DNA of 63,631 bases, filler included, from Octopus bimaculoides (taxonomy: Eukaryota): the NCBI RefSeq assembly GCF_001194135.2. It is 10 parts of 10 records of this genome, joined end to end, with 100 filler letters (N's around TTAATTAATTAA, not from the genome) between each part and the next. Parts side by side here need not be neighbours in the genome. Positions count along the whole stretch, not along the records: positions 1 to 5,821 come from NC_068982.1; positions 5,922 to 21,672 come from NC_068995.1; 8 more parts are not named here. The stretch is one strand, 5' to 3'. The number at the start of each line of letters is the position of its first letter. Positions within the stretch are counted from its first letter, which is position 1. Shown in pieces: positions 1 through 13,004 of this stretch. The position numbers and the translations under genes are program-made. Below the pieces are notes generated by a model, which was not told the DNA's origin, did no database searches, and saw only the letters and a list, made by a program, of their open reading frames with translations.

Positions 1-58
<58 letters not shown>
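1..58. repeat. (GT)n microsatellite; representative of dozens of (CA/GT)n, (GA)n, (TA)n and (TATG)n tracts across the window
   Basis: Direct read of the sequence. Confidence 0.99.
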
Positions 59-59
<1 letters not shown>

Positions 60-202
60 TATGTATGTACATGCGCTTTTGGGTGTATGAACATATTATG
101 TGTGTTACTGAGTGTATGTATATGTATATATATATATATGCGTACGTACATACACTGCAGAACCACCACTTAAGTAGATTGTTAATCGAGAAAAAGACGA
201 AG

Positions 203-238
<36 letters not shown>

Positions 239-650
239 ACACACGCACGCACACACATACACACACACACACACATATAATCCACCAAATTTAGGGAATG
301 GAAGAGATAAGATCCAGGCTGTATATGTTTCATAGCTAGCTGAACCTCGGAAGTAGTAAATACCCAAACGAGGAGAAATCCGCTTCCTACTCGTCAGGTC
401 CAAGATACCTTAGTCAAATGACGGTTATCAAGACATTACACGCTAACTAGCAGGAGGTTTGATTTACTCCATTCCTCAAATTTGCATTTCCATTCACATA
501 CACAACAACCCCAGCTGCTAACCATGAACTATAAAAATGATCAACCTTCTACGTCAATAAACCACTATTGTTCCTAAAAGTTTTGTATACTTCCTACGGA
601 CTGCTCGAAACTTACTACCTCCGTACACCTTCACTCTGGATCTTAATTTT

Positions 651-681
<31 letters not shown>

Positions 682-917
682 CACATATTTCCATATGTGT
701 ACGCATAGATATTTACATATACACTTATCTTTGAGTACAAGAAATATATGTATGTTCATATTCTAATATACGAGGGGTGTATGAAAAATCTTGAGCCTCA
801 AAGAAACAAAACATGGTACAAGACTTCTGATGAAGGTACAAGGCTATATACACACATGAACACATTGACTCACACCCACCGACACACACCGACACGCACA
901 CACATACACACACACAG

Positions 918-960
<43 letters not shown>

Positions 961-1077
961 CACAAACACACACACACACACACAGACAAACACACAGAGT
1001 GTTTGGTTAAGAAGAGTATTTTGTTTAACTTTACTCTTAGAATGTACTACCTTGTGGTAATAAGCAACACACTCTTA

Positions 1078-1296
1078 AAACGACTAGCCGGCAGAAACGT
1101 TACCACGCCGGGTGAAATGCTTAGCGGTATTTCGTCTGTCGTTACGTTGCGAGTTCAAATTCCGCCGAGATCATATTTGCCATTCATCCTTTCGGGGTCG
1201 TTAAATTAAGTGCCAGTTGCGTACTGGCGTCGATCAAATTGACTGGCCCCACCTCTCCCAAAATTTCGGGCCTTGTGCCTAGAGTAGAAAAGAATA
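1078..1296 (+). mobile_element. tRNA-derived SINE, family A (diverged)
   Basis: Head gccggcagaaacgttaccacgccgggtgaaatgcttagcggtatttcgtc, B-box-like gagttcaaattcc, tail ccttgtgcctagagtagaaaagaat. Homologous to copies at 11.8k, 12.0k, 19.6k, 28.8k and 54.6k. Confidence 0.85.
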
Positions 1297-4127
1297 AGCA
1301 ATACACTATACTATGTCATAAGTAAGCATAAAGTCATAATTGTTTTCTTCATTTCATATTATGTTAGTATGCTTATTGCTACTTTTATACTATTTAGAAT
1401 TTCCGTTTTAGAACTAAATATATGCATTTATGTATCCGAGAAAATCTAGGAATACCACTGTGAATACACAAAGCAATAAACATCAATAAACAGAAGAGCA
1501 ATAAATTTTTAATGATTTAAATTGGGTTACGTCTACATGAAAAGACGAAACACGGAAATAATATTCATTTTGAAAGAATAGAAAATCCTGAGATGAACGT
1601 TATAATCGTATATATGATGTTGAATATATACTTATAAAACCCCCTGCTCAATGATATTCTGAGATAATCATTCAATTTCTTATATTCTCTCTCTCTAGAC
1701 ATACATCTGTATACATAGATCTGTATGTATGTATACGTTGCAGTGCATGCATTTATATAAGTATATATATATAACTATGTTTATACACATATGTGTGTAC
1801 GTAAGTGTAAAGAAAGTCGTAAAGTTGGGAGAGATATGATTAATTGACTCAAGAAAGTCAGATTTCTTTTAATTTTGAATATACTACTATGTCTTCATAA
1901 TAAAAACTATCGTTAGTGAGAAAAATCTTGGGGGTCTGATGCTGGACTGGCTTTGAATTAATATCTAAATCGATCACTCCACCGTATCGTCTTAGCATAT
2001 GCAAATTGTTTAAGCTCACACGTATATAACTAGAGGCCGTGAGCATATATTTGCTGATGATGATTAAGTTATTGCACTAAGCGAGACCATGAGCCATTGA
2101 ACATGGATTAGTATTTTTCTTAACCTGTCTTTTTCATTATTTTCCTTCTGGTTGCTAGAATGTGTATTGTTCAACAAAATATTGTAGTGATATTTCATTG
2201 CTGTTATTACCTCATATTGCTTGTCATTATTCATTGTCCACGTTGACTTGATTTAATATAAATTGTGATTTTCAATTATCATTAATGGAGAAATCAATAA
2301 CCATAAATATTTTTGAAGAGAATTGGATTGTTGTTTTCCCTTTGCATATGTGATGTATGTGGCTATGACATGAGTAAGACAAAACAACTCGTATGGATAT
2401 CTCGCGAATTAATATTGATGAGAAAGTATATATTACTTGAAAATACAAAATATAAATAGGAAGAAATAATCCATATATTGTATATGTATTTAAGGTGGAA
2501 AACTAGGAGAATTTTTGGAACGCTGAGAAAAATGTTTAGTGGTTTTTCGTCCGTCTTTAAGTTCTGAGTTTAAATGTCATCCTTTCGGCGTAGTCACCAA
2601 CACTACGTCACACGCACACACACACGCACACACACACGCACACACACTAGCACACACACACGCTGACACAGGAACAGACACAGTCACACACATATATACA
2701 CACGAACATTGAGAACACGATTATTTTCTAATTTGTTCTCTCTTATATTTTGGGTTTTGTCTCCTATGTATGAGATTCTTGCTCGTTTGTAAGTTGAAAA
2801 AATTGATTTTAACAATACATCAAGAATATCTCAACATCATTTTCAAGATATATTGTTGGAAATGTTGCTTATGCAAACTACACAACCAAATAGTTTGCAG
2901 TTACGTAGGCATTCATTACCTTTTAGTAGATATATGCACTTTTTGTGTCTCAAATCTATATTGAACTAATGTATCTATCGTTTTTAATCCGAAAGTTCAT
3001 GACTAGAAATGCAGCCTAATCAGCATTGTTTTGGGTGTGTGATTTTAAGGTTGAGCTGTTCTCTTGGTTTTCCTTAAAATTATCGACATTTTCTGATGTA
3101 TTCATTAAAAATGGTATGTCCTCTATGTATATAGTATATCCTCTGTGTATATAATTATACTATATACTATATATATAGTATAATTAAGCGTTTATGTTTT
3201 GGAATTATTTTCTTTCCTGTTGCTCGATAAAATATGGAGAAAGCAATAAAACAAATCCTCTATGTAAATAATTATACTATATATTATATATATATAGTAT
3301 AATTAAACGTTCGTGTTTGGGAATTATTTTCTATTCTGTTGTTGCTAGATGGAATCTAGAGAACGCAATAAAGCAAAGCTAGACAAAAAAATATTAACAA
3401 GTAATAAATCCATACTTTATAGCATTCTCCACAGAAATAGGCAACAAATTATGGAAACAAGGCTACAATTAACTCGTCAAGGCCACAATTAACTTGCCAA
3501 GAACAGAGTCGGCACAAACAAGATAAACACTTTACCGATAGCGTATAATTCTAAGGGCAAAAGTATGACCCTTCTGGCATGGAAGGTTGACGATGTAACG
3601 GTCATCTACTTAACTTTAAAAATTACATAAAGAAAAGAATGGCTGTAAAATCTGCATAAAAGAAATTGCCGATTATAATGAGAGCAGCATAGAAGCCGAC
3701 TCCAGTTCATATCTTGAGAACGATGCTGAAGAGAATACCTGAGTAAGGTGATAAAAATGAATTTGGAAAATTTTACATTTTCAAACGAACTTCCTGGACC
3801 TTATATACAAGAGAATAGAAAATAACAAATGAAAGTCGTCGGGTTTTCAGTATAAGTTTAAAAGGAAGTTGTTCCTATATATAAAAATATGCATGTATGT
3901 ACGCATGTGTATATGCATATACATATGTATACGCGTACATATGTATGCACATATGTTTGTATATATGAATATAGTATGTGTTTGCGCCTGTGCATTCGCG
4001 CGTGTGAATATGTACGTATGCACATTATTTAAATGTTGAATAAGTTCTGGATTACAATTTCTTTCTTTCCAACTCTCATTCCTTAGAATGTCATTGAGAA
4101 ATATTGCAAATCGTAATGATTATGCAA

Positions 4128-4262
4128 TAAGAGAGAGAGAGGGGGGAGAAAGAGAGAGGGAGAGAGAAAGAGAGAGAGAGAAAGAGAGAGAAAGAGAGAG
4201 AAAGAGAGAGAAAGAGAGAGAGAGTGAAAGAGAGAGGGAGAGAGAGAGGGAGAGAGAGAGAA

Positions 4263-4302
<40 letters not shown>

Positions 4303-4320
4303 GAACGAAAGAGAAAGAGA
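4128..4320. repeat. (GA)n/(GAAA) purine tract
   Basis: Direct read. Confidence 0.97.
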
Positions 4321-5149
4321 GTAGTGAGAAACACAAATAGAGAGTACTGTGGCAGTTAGAATGAAAAGAATGCCATAAATAACAAGATGAAGGATTGTTA
4401 ACAAATAAATTTGACGTCTGGGGGAGGAACGGTATTCGTTTAAATATTTAATCTCGATTGCTATTTTATTTTATGTATGTAGTATTTTCAATGTCACTCT
4501 TTCTAATCTGAAAAATCCAAATACAAAAATCTATGAATAATAATCCTGAAGTTATTCAACTTTAATTGTCTACTCCATATATGACACTGATTCTAGAGTT
4601 CTTTGTAGTTGTTATTTTCTTTAATTCTTTAAAATGTCTTTAATAATATGTGCGTATTCACGCCTGTGTGTTCTCGAATACCACGATACTCTCTTAAAAC
4701 TCATGAATGATTCGTAATACGTGTACTCAACCAGATTTGTCAGTAAACAACGGTAACGACAAATAAATAAATAAATAAATAAATAAAATACATAAAAACA
4801 ACTCGCTTAAATATTTTATGGCTGCGCCGATTGGTAAGTTATCTCTCTTCTCTACACTTGAATTATACTCGGCCTGTATGAAGATATCTTTAAGCGAACT
4901 TTATTTTACTGCTTGTAAAGATTTTTGGTACATTTTCGTATTATTTTGTTTAGCTTTAATATTTTCGTATAATTTCAATTGATCATATTAATAATATAAT
5001 TTTCTTCATTTTTGTGAGACAGATATTGGTTCTAGTTTAATTTATGACATGCAAGCAACGAATTAAGCGACGGTTTACACTCCTTTCTCTCTGAAGCTAA
5101 TGTTGTCTTCTCTCCTGGTCTTAACCGATATATATATTTATATATATAG

Positions 5150-5405
5150 TTCAAAAAAACAATAACAAAAAAAGACAAAAAACAACAAAGTGAGGACGTG
5201 ATATGGATAGTATTATTCGACGCTCAGGAAAGGAAAGAGAGAGTGTATGACGTTTCGGGCGTAGCCCTTCGTCGGAAAGATGGAAAGTTCGGAGAATGGA
5301 AGAACGGAGAAAGAGGAAAATGGTACCGATGCCCACGAGGTTACATTATGAAAAGACCGGAAGAGGAGGTGGTGGGAGAAAAGTTCTTTCTAAGACAGGA
5401 GAGTG
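5150..5405 (-). mobile_element. Penelope-like pLTR/3' remnant
   Basis: Minus strand translates ...LSDEGLRPKR..., the reading typical of a PLE hammerhead region, and contains a minimal HHR core. Confidence 0.55.
5245..5279 (-). ncRNA. Minimal type I hammerhead-like motif (U4C; stem I broken)
   Basis: CUUU CCGACGA A GGGC-UAC-GCCC GAAA CG UC AUAC: stem II of 4 bp, palindromic ACGU stem III, only 1 bp of stem I. Confidence 0.5.
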
Positions 5406-5552
5406 ANNNNNNNNNNNNNNNNNNNNNNNNNNNNNNNNNNNNNNNNNNNNNNNNNNNNNNNNNNNNNNNNNNNNNNNNNNNNNNNNNNNNNNNNNNNNNN
5501 NNNNNNNNNNNNNTGCGAGTGTGTGTGTGATAACAGAACGTGTGTGTGCGTA

Positions 5553-5587
<35 letters not shown>

Positions 5588-5865
5588 CGTAGTGGAAGAA
5601 ATTAGTAGCAGGACTGGTTACTGGACGCTATAGATAGTGTGGGCAGAAGGTCAACAGGTGGTTATTTGAGTGTGTGTGTGTTCGTGTTTGTGTGGGGTTG
5701 TAGGTGTTGGGTACGTGTACGTGTGTGTGTGTATTTTGTATGTGCGCGTGTGTGTATGTGTATGTTTTCTGTGCGTGCGTGTGTGTTTGTGTGTATGTGT
5801 ATGTTGTGTGTATGTGCGTTGNNNNNNNNNNNNNNNNNNNNNNNNNNNNNNNNNNNNNNNNNNNN

Positions 5866-5877
5866 TTAATTAATTAA
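5866..5877. other. Assembly linker TTAATTAATTAA inside a 100-bp N44-12-N44 spacer. Also at 21717, 31820, 35239, 43263, 52086, 56644, 59331 and 61370.
   Basis: Identical 12-mer with stops in all six frames, flanked by N runs (44 N each side where counted), nine times. Confidence 0.97.
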
Positions 5878-6301
5878 NNNNNNNNNNNNNNNNNNNNNNN
5901 NNNNNNNNNNNNNNNNNNNNNTATATATATAAATGTAGGTACATATACGTATGTATACGCACATTCAATGTTAACTCTTCCAACGAAGAAGATTCATTAC
6001 CATAATAGTGATTAATAATATATTTAATTTTGCTATTATGAGTTTTACCTGTAGGTGCATAGGGGCTTCAGGTAAGTTGTATGCATGTGTATATGTATGT
6101 ATGTATGTATGTGTATATATGCTTCCATACATACACACATAGAGGAGTAGACTTATATAGATATGTCTATGTGTGTGGGAATCTGTGTGTGTCTGTATGT
6201 GTGTAAGTATGTGTGTATGTTTGCATCGAAATTAATCACGAACACAATCGTATCGTCAGTATATAACAAACATTCGTGTGTGCGTGTGTGTATGTGCGCG
6301 T

Positions 6302-6373
<72 letters not shown>

Positions 6374-6500
6374 TTCTGTGTAATGAGAAATAACGCAAGA
6401 GAAAAAAAAGGGAGTGAGAGAGAGAGAGTAAGAATAGAGAAAAAGAGAGAGTGAGATAATGAGCGAGAAAGAGAAAGTCAATCTTTCAGTATTTAAACAG

Positions 6501-6543
<43 letters not shown>

Positions 6544-7852
6544 AACATATACACACATATACATATGAACACACACACACACACGTATGCGTGGATATAT
6601 ATGTATACGAACAAAACAAAAATGAAAGTAGGAAAACCAACAAAACAAGCGCCAAGTTCATTGACTTAAATCGTCCGTGTTTCACAGTAAAATGTTTTAC
6701 GGGAAGTTATTTTACGTTTCCAGTCGATTGCCTGCGTTGGGTGTTGTGTCAGTTCTGTACCCTACTACACACTACAAGATGGCTTGTTTTTGGTGAAAGT
6801 TGCAGTCTGTTAGAGTTCCACACAGCTCTATGATTCTCCATGCATGCAACCATAATAATGATCACATGCTCGGCTAGGTGGCGCTGCTCTGCTGGAAAAA
6901 CTTCTTTTAGTAGGAAAGAATGAATAAATAATTTACGTACAATATCGACGTAGCTCTGCATATGTATGTAAATATGTGCGCGTATGTATGTGTGTGTGTG
7001 TGTGTGTGTATGTGTGTGTGTGTGTGTGTGTGTGAGTGTATGTATGTATGTATGCATGCATGTATGTATGTATGTATTTATGTATGTATGTACGTATTTA
7101 TGATTACCTGTATATATGTTAGCACGTATAGCGGTGTCTGCATGTATGTATGTATGAATGTATATATGTATGTATGTGTGTATGTACGTACATGTATGCC
7201 TATATATATATATGTGTGCGTATACGTATAAGTGTGTGTTTGTATTTACGCATATGTGATCTGCTCGTGTGTGTTTTCTGTATTATGTGTCTGTGTGATT
7301 CGTGTGTGTGCATATATGAATGTACGAGTATTTAAGTCCATTATACACCGCTCCACACACGTACACCCTCATACACCACAACAGACGTATACGTGTCAGG
7401 AATGTGTATATATGTTCTTGTATGCACTTTAATGTTACTATAATGCACACATCTACTTACAAATGATATGTACACATGCATACGCGCATATATGCATACA
7501 TACATACATGTGCATACATATATATAAATATATATACACATGTATACATATGTGTACATACACACACATATATATATATGTGTGTATAAATATATTTATA
7601 TATATATATATGTGTATATGTTATATATATATGGTTGTATACGTGTATATGTTTGTATATGTATATATATATGCGTATGTATGTATAAATGCTTAGGCAC
7701 TTCTGTATATTTTATCTACGGATGTGTAGGCATAGACAAGTGCAGAAAATTTTATACTTGAAAATATCTGTCATGAATATATGCATATGTTGAAGTGGGT
7801 AAGGATTTTGCTACATATATATATTTATATATATATATATATACATATATAT

Positions 7853-7901
<49 letters not shown>

Positions 7902-8092
7902 TGCAAATGAGCAAACGAATATGCTTGAGGTTGATATACAACATATACATTCATATAGACATGTAAATGTATATAGGGAAATAGATAGACATAGACCTTG
8001 ATACGACTAAAATTTCGGAGTGTAAATTCAGTCATATGAGCACTACTAAGTGTCTTCTATATTGAGCATCTCTGGATCTCATTTGTTGAATC

Positions 8093-8245
<153 letters not shown>

Positions 8246-8447
8246 GTATATATATATGTATATATATATATGTTCTTTTTACTTGTTTCAGTGATTCAGC
8301 CAGCCAGCCAACCATCCATACATACATATTTACATACGCACAGCAAGACGAGGAAGCAGATATAACAGTATGTTTACATATATCTTATTGGTCCTATGCG
8401 TTGAACCGCTAAGTTATGGGAGGGGAATAAAGGAACAGAAGGCGAGC

Positions 8448-8514
<67 letters not shown>

Positions 8515-8726
8515 ACACAAATCAGAGACTACAGAACTGAGGTGTGTTGTAGCCAAACCGCCTCTTTCCATTAAAATTAAATGAAATACAGCTTGATGTC
8601 AGGTGACTCGTCTTGTGAATTTTGATTGGCTTAGAGAACGAAAGCTAAGCAATAGTGACACACCTATGTTTTATCTCTTATTTGTTTTAGTCATTGGATA
8701 GCGGCCATGCTGGGGCACCGCCTTCA

Positions 8727-8962
8727 AGGGCTTATCCCAGTTACTATCGTGTGTGCCTCCCGTGGCAGCCCTTCCGTTTGCCACCTCAGATTCCACAAAA
8801 AACACATATTGCCTATAGCAGACCCAAAAGCGGTGCCCCTTTAAAAGTGCCGCCCGGGGCTGAACGCCCTTATCACTCCCTAGCTACGCTAGTGATCTCA
8901 GTGGCTTATCCCAGTTACTACTGTATGTGCCTCACGAGGCGGCCCTTCCGTTTGCCGCCCCG
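8727..8962 (+). repeat. Head-to-tail partial duplication of a small GC-rich MITE-like element
   Basis: gcttatcccagttacta...gcccttccgtttgcc occurs at about 8730-8785 and 8904-8960. A cctagctacgctagtg TIR-like end lies between them. Confidence 0.55.
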
Positions 8963-9061
8963 GATATATATATATTGTAGTAAGAGAAAAGGAGGAATTT
9001 CGATTATCCCCACGTGGTGAGTTGTAATATATCTATTAGAAATTAAAACAGGAAAATACAC

Positions 9062-9232
9062 ACACTTTACATAGTTTTAATATAATTTTTAATATATCGA
9101 CCGCTTTCGCAACATGGACAAACATTTCTTCTTAAGAAAATACATATTGAAATAAGTAAACCTTAATATCATGAATAGAGAAAGCGAAACCGGTCGATAT
9201 ATTAAAAATTATATTAAAATTATGTAAAGTGT
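9062..9232. repeat. 49-bp inverted repeat (47/49 identical) with 73-bp spacer; PLE-type inverted pLTR
   Basis: Arms 9062-9110 and 9184-9232 compared by eye. The right arm starts inside an HHR motif and runs into a gap. Confidence 0.85.
9166..9200 (+). ncRNA. Minimal type I hammerhead-like motif with A3-U8 core variant
   Basis: AUAUC AUGAAUA GAGAAAGC GAAA CCGG UC GAUAU: stem I 5 bp, palindromic ACCGGU stem III, GUC site, weak stem II. Confidence 0.55.
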
Positions 9233-9796
9233 NNNNNNNNNNNNNNNNNNNNNNNNNNNNNNNNNNNNNNNNNNNNNNNNNNNNNNNNNNNNNNNNNNNN
9301 NNNNNNNNNNNNNNNNNNNNNNNNNNNNNNNNNNNNNNNNNNNNNNNNNNNNNNNNNNNNNNNNNNNNNNNNNNNNNNNNNNNNNNNNNNNNNNNNNNNN
9401 NNNNNNNNNNNNNNNACACACACACACAAACACACACACACAAACACACACACATACACAGACGCACACACAGACACACACACAGACACACTCACACGTA
9501 CAGACAGACACACTGAGACACACATGCACAAACATAGACACACACAGAGACACACACATACACAGACACATACACAGACGCACACACACACACTCACACA
9601 CGCAGACACACTTACGCACACACAAACACACAGACTCACACACACACAAACATACGCACATACAGACACAGACAGACACACACAGACACAGACAGACACA
9701 CACAGACTCGCGCGCAGAGACATGTTTTCATAGTGTACGCAATTTATTTCTCTGTCAAGTATTCCGATGATTAATGTGTGTGTGTGTGTGTATGTG

Positions 9797-9843
<47 letters not shown>

Positions 9844-10669
9844 ATCATATGCAATGCGCGTGTGTTCGTGTGCCTATGTTTGCACGTGCATGTACATCGA
9901 TGTATGTTTGCTTGTATATGTGCGATCTCGGNNNNNNNNNNNNNNNNNNNNNNNNNNNNNNNNNNNNNNNNNNNNNNNNNNNNNNNNNNNNNNNNNNNNN
10001 NNNNNNNNNNNNNNNNNNNNNNNNNNNNNNNNNNNNNNNNNNNNNNNNNNNNNNNNNNNNNNNNNNNNNNNNNNNNNNNNNNNNNNNNNNNNNNNNNNNN
10101 NNNNNNTATATATATATATATATATATATTTTCTTGTATGTAATAACTTGATCATAAATGGCACATATAAACATTTACCCACGCAAATGTTGGTAAAATA
10201 CATTTGGTCGACACACAGTCTCACAACCTTCCTTGGATTTTACTGTTTTTCTGAGCAGATAATTAGTTTCTTTGATGATGGATTGTTTAATTTTTTAGAA
10301 ATTCTAATGGGAATGGCTATTTATTTTAGCATATCAAGAAACGTAAAAGTTTTACTGTTAAGTTGAAATAAATAGCAATTCTCATTAATTAATGCTTTAT
10401 ATGTAAAATGATTTTTACATAAAAAGTAAAAATATTTCCCGCGGTGAATTGATATAATCACGTGATCAAAAATACAGGTTACCGTCAGAATTTTGAAAAA
10501 TTACCATTTCGAAGAATTATCTTTTATAAGTTCTCACGCGACATCTCAAACTGGAAACTGAAATACATCTCACAAATCTTAATTACAGATGGCGCTGATC
10601 ACCATGTCTGCAACATCTAGTAAAGAAATGGCTCCGATTAGGAATGAAATGAGAGAATTTAAACGTTTT

Positions 10670-10830
10670 GTTTGGTTCGTGATTAAGACGTTCGACTCGC
10701 GATCGTGATGTCATTGGTTCAATTCCTGAACGAGGGTGGTGTTTTGTTTCTTTGAGAAAAGTCCTTCATTTCGTGTTGGTCCAGTCTATTCTGCTATAAA
10801 TGAGTACCAGCCGAGTTATGGTGCAGCTCT
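10670..10830 (+). mobile_element. Old tRNA-derived SINE with CORE/Meta-like central domain
   Basis: gattaagacgttcgactcgcgatcgtg...ggttcaattcc head followed by tttctttgagaaaagtcc...ccagtc...taaatgagtacc. Confidence 0.65.
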
Positions 10831-11249
10831 CCCTCTGAACGTCACACCCTGACTGTCATTGGGTGAAAATAATAGGATGGCCGAGGGAGTATGTATTTCA
10901 GCTCACAACTTCACAGATACTTAAAACAGCAAAACCAGGATATTTGGGTATATATTACCCAAGCATGTTCATTGGCAAAGAGATAGTTGTCTCTTGTAAT
11001 CCTGGTACATGTTTACAAAAACCATGTTATTACACAGCTGTCTATTCTAAATTGATTCCGGCATCAGACATTTAAGTGTTCATATATGATATTACAAAAG
11101 TGAACGTGTTAAGACCTAAATTTCTCAGTTTAATATAATTAAAATTTCGAATTTCTACAGGTAAAAATGTGTTGTTTTCTTTCAAGCCCAAGGATTAAGA
11201 GGATTATTAAACAATTATTAAACAATTTCTTGTATACTCAACGAATGTA

Positions 11250-11621
11250 TGCAACCACATGATTCCGGGTTCATTCCCACTGCGTGACATCTTGGGCAAG
11301 TGTCTTCTACTATAACCTCGGGCCGACCAAAGCCTTGTGAGTGGATTTAGTAGACGGAAACTGAAAGAAGCCCGTTGTATATATGTATATATATACATAT
11401 ATGTGTGTGTGTAGATGTTTGTGTCTCTGTGTTTGTCCCCCCAACATCGCTTGACAACCGATGCTGTTGTGTTCACGTCCTCGTAACTTAGCGGTTCGGC
11501 AAAAGAGACCGATAGAATAAGTACTAGGCTTACAAAGAATAAGTCCTAGGGTCGATTTACTCGACTAAAGGCGGTGTTCCAACATGGCCATAGTCAAATT
11601 ACTGAAACAAGTAAAAGAGTA
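11250..11621 (+). mobile_element. tRNA-derived SINE, family B (5'-truncated)
   Basis: Matches copies at 39552, 48970 and 55452 across the head remnant, internal (TA)(TG) tract and actgaaacaagtaaaagagtaa tail. Confidence 0.92.
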
Positions 11622-11800
11622 ATGTGTTTCAGCCAAAAGCGATAACAATTAATGTGCCACCCGTTCAAAGAATTAAAGCCACGGTTTTACGATTAAAAAC
11701 CCGAATACCCAAGTCACTAACTATGCTGAGTATTATATTCTCACATTCTCTGTCGACCTGGTTCACTGGCTACTGAAACATCAAGCAATGCGCAATTAAT

Positions 11801-12022
11801 ATTGGTTTTAAATTTTGGTACAAGGCCTGCAAGTTTGGTGGAGGGGCTAAGTCGATTAAATCGACCCCTGTGCTCAACTGGTACTTATTTTATCGACCTC
11901 GGACGGAATTTGAATTCAGAACGTAATGACGGACGAAATGCCGCTACATATTTCGCCCGGCGTGCTAAGGATTCTTTTCTACTCTAGGCACAAGGCCTGA
12001 AATTTTGGGGGAGGGGTTAAGT
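11801..12022 (-). mobile_element. SINE family A: 5'-truncated copy plus the 3' tail of a second copy
   Basis: Reverse complement gives tail ...ccttgtgcctagagtagaaaagaat, then ttagcacgccgggcgaaat...ccttgtaccaaaatttaaaaccaat. Confidence 0.85.
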
Positions 12023-12034
12023 TTTTTAACGTTT

Positions 12035-12269
12035 CTTATTTCTTTACTGCCCACAAGGGGCTACACACAGAGGAGACAAACAAGAACAGACAAACGGATT
12101 AAGTTGATTATATCGATCCCAGTGCGTAACTGATACTTGTTTAATCGACCCCGAAAGGATGAAAGGCAAAGTCGACCTCGGCGGAATTTGAACTCAGAAC
12201 GTAACGGCAGACGAAATACTGCAAGGTATTTCGCCCGGCGCGCTAACGTTTCTGCCATCTCGCCGCCTT
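12035..12269 (-). mobile_element. SINE family A, full length
   Basis: aaggcggcgagatggcagaaacgttagcgcgccgggcgaaat...gagttcaaattccgccgaggtcgac...cagtaaagaaataag. Near-identical to 19555-19786. Confidence 0.93.
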
Positions 12270-13004
12270 TAGTGCGCAATTAATATTACAACCATAAANN
12301 NNNNNNNNNNNNNNNNNNNNNNNNNNNNNNNNNNNNNNNNNNNNNNNNNNNNNNNNNNNNNNNNNNNNNNNNNNNNNNNNNNNNNNNNNNNNNNNNNNNN
12401 NNNNNNNNNNNNNNNNNNNNNNNNNNNNNNNNNNNNNNNNNNNNNNNNNNNNNNNNNNNNNNNNNNNNNNNNNNNNNNNNNNNNNNNNNNNNNNNNNNNN
12501 NNNNNNNNNNNNNNNNNNNNNNNNNNNNNNNNNNNNNNNNNNNNNNNNNNNNNNNNNNNNNNNNNNNNNNNNNNNNNNNNNNNNNNNNNNNNNNNNNNNN
12601 NNNNNNNNNNNNNNNNNNNNNNNNNNNNNNNNNNNNNNNNNNNNNNNNNNNNNNNNNNNNNNNNNNNNNNNNNNNNNNNNNNNNNNNNNNNNNNNNNNNN
12701 NNNNNNNNNNNNNNNNNNNNNNNNNNNNNNNNNNNNNNNNNNNNNNNNNNNNNNNNNNNNNNNNNNNNNNNNNNNNNNNNNNNNNNNNNNNNNNNNNNNN
12801 NNNNNNNNNNNNNNNNNNNNNNNNNNGTGTGTTGAACGTGTGTGTGTGTGTGTGTAGGAGTCTGTTCAAAAGTATATACATGCGAATGTGTGTCTGTCTG
12901 CGTGTGTGAGTGTGTTTGAGTGTGTGTATGTGAGTGTGTTGGAGTAGTGTGTTTGAGAGTGTGTATGTGCAAGTGTGTGCGTGCGTGTGCGTGCGTGTGT
13001 GTGT

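Noticed and set aside
769-840. TA-cgaggggtgtatgaaaaat, a mariner-TIR-like start
   Set aside because: No partner TIR or transposase remnant nearby; too short to support.
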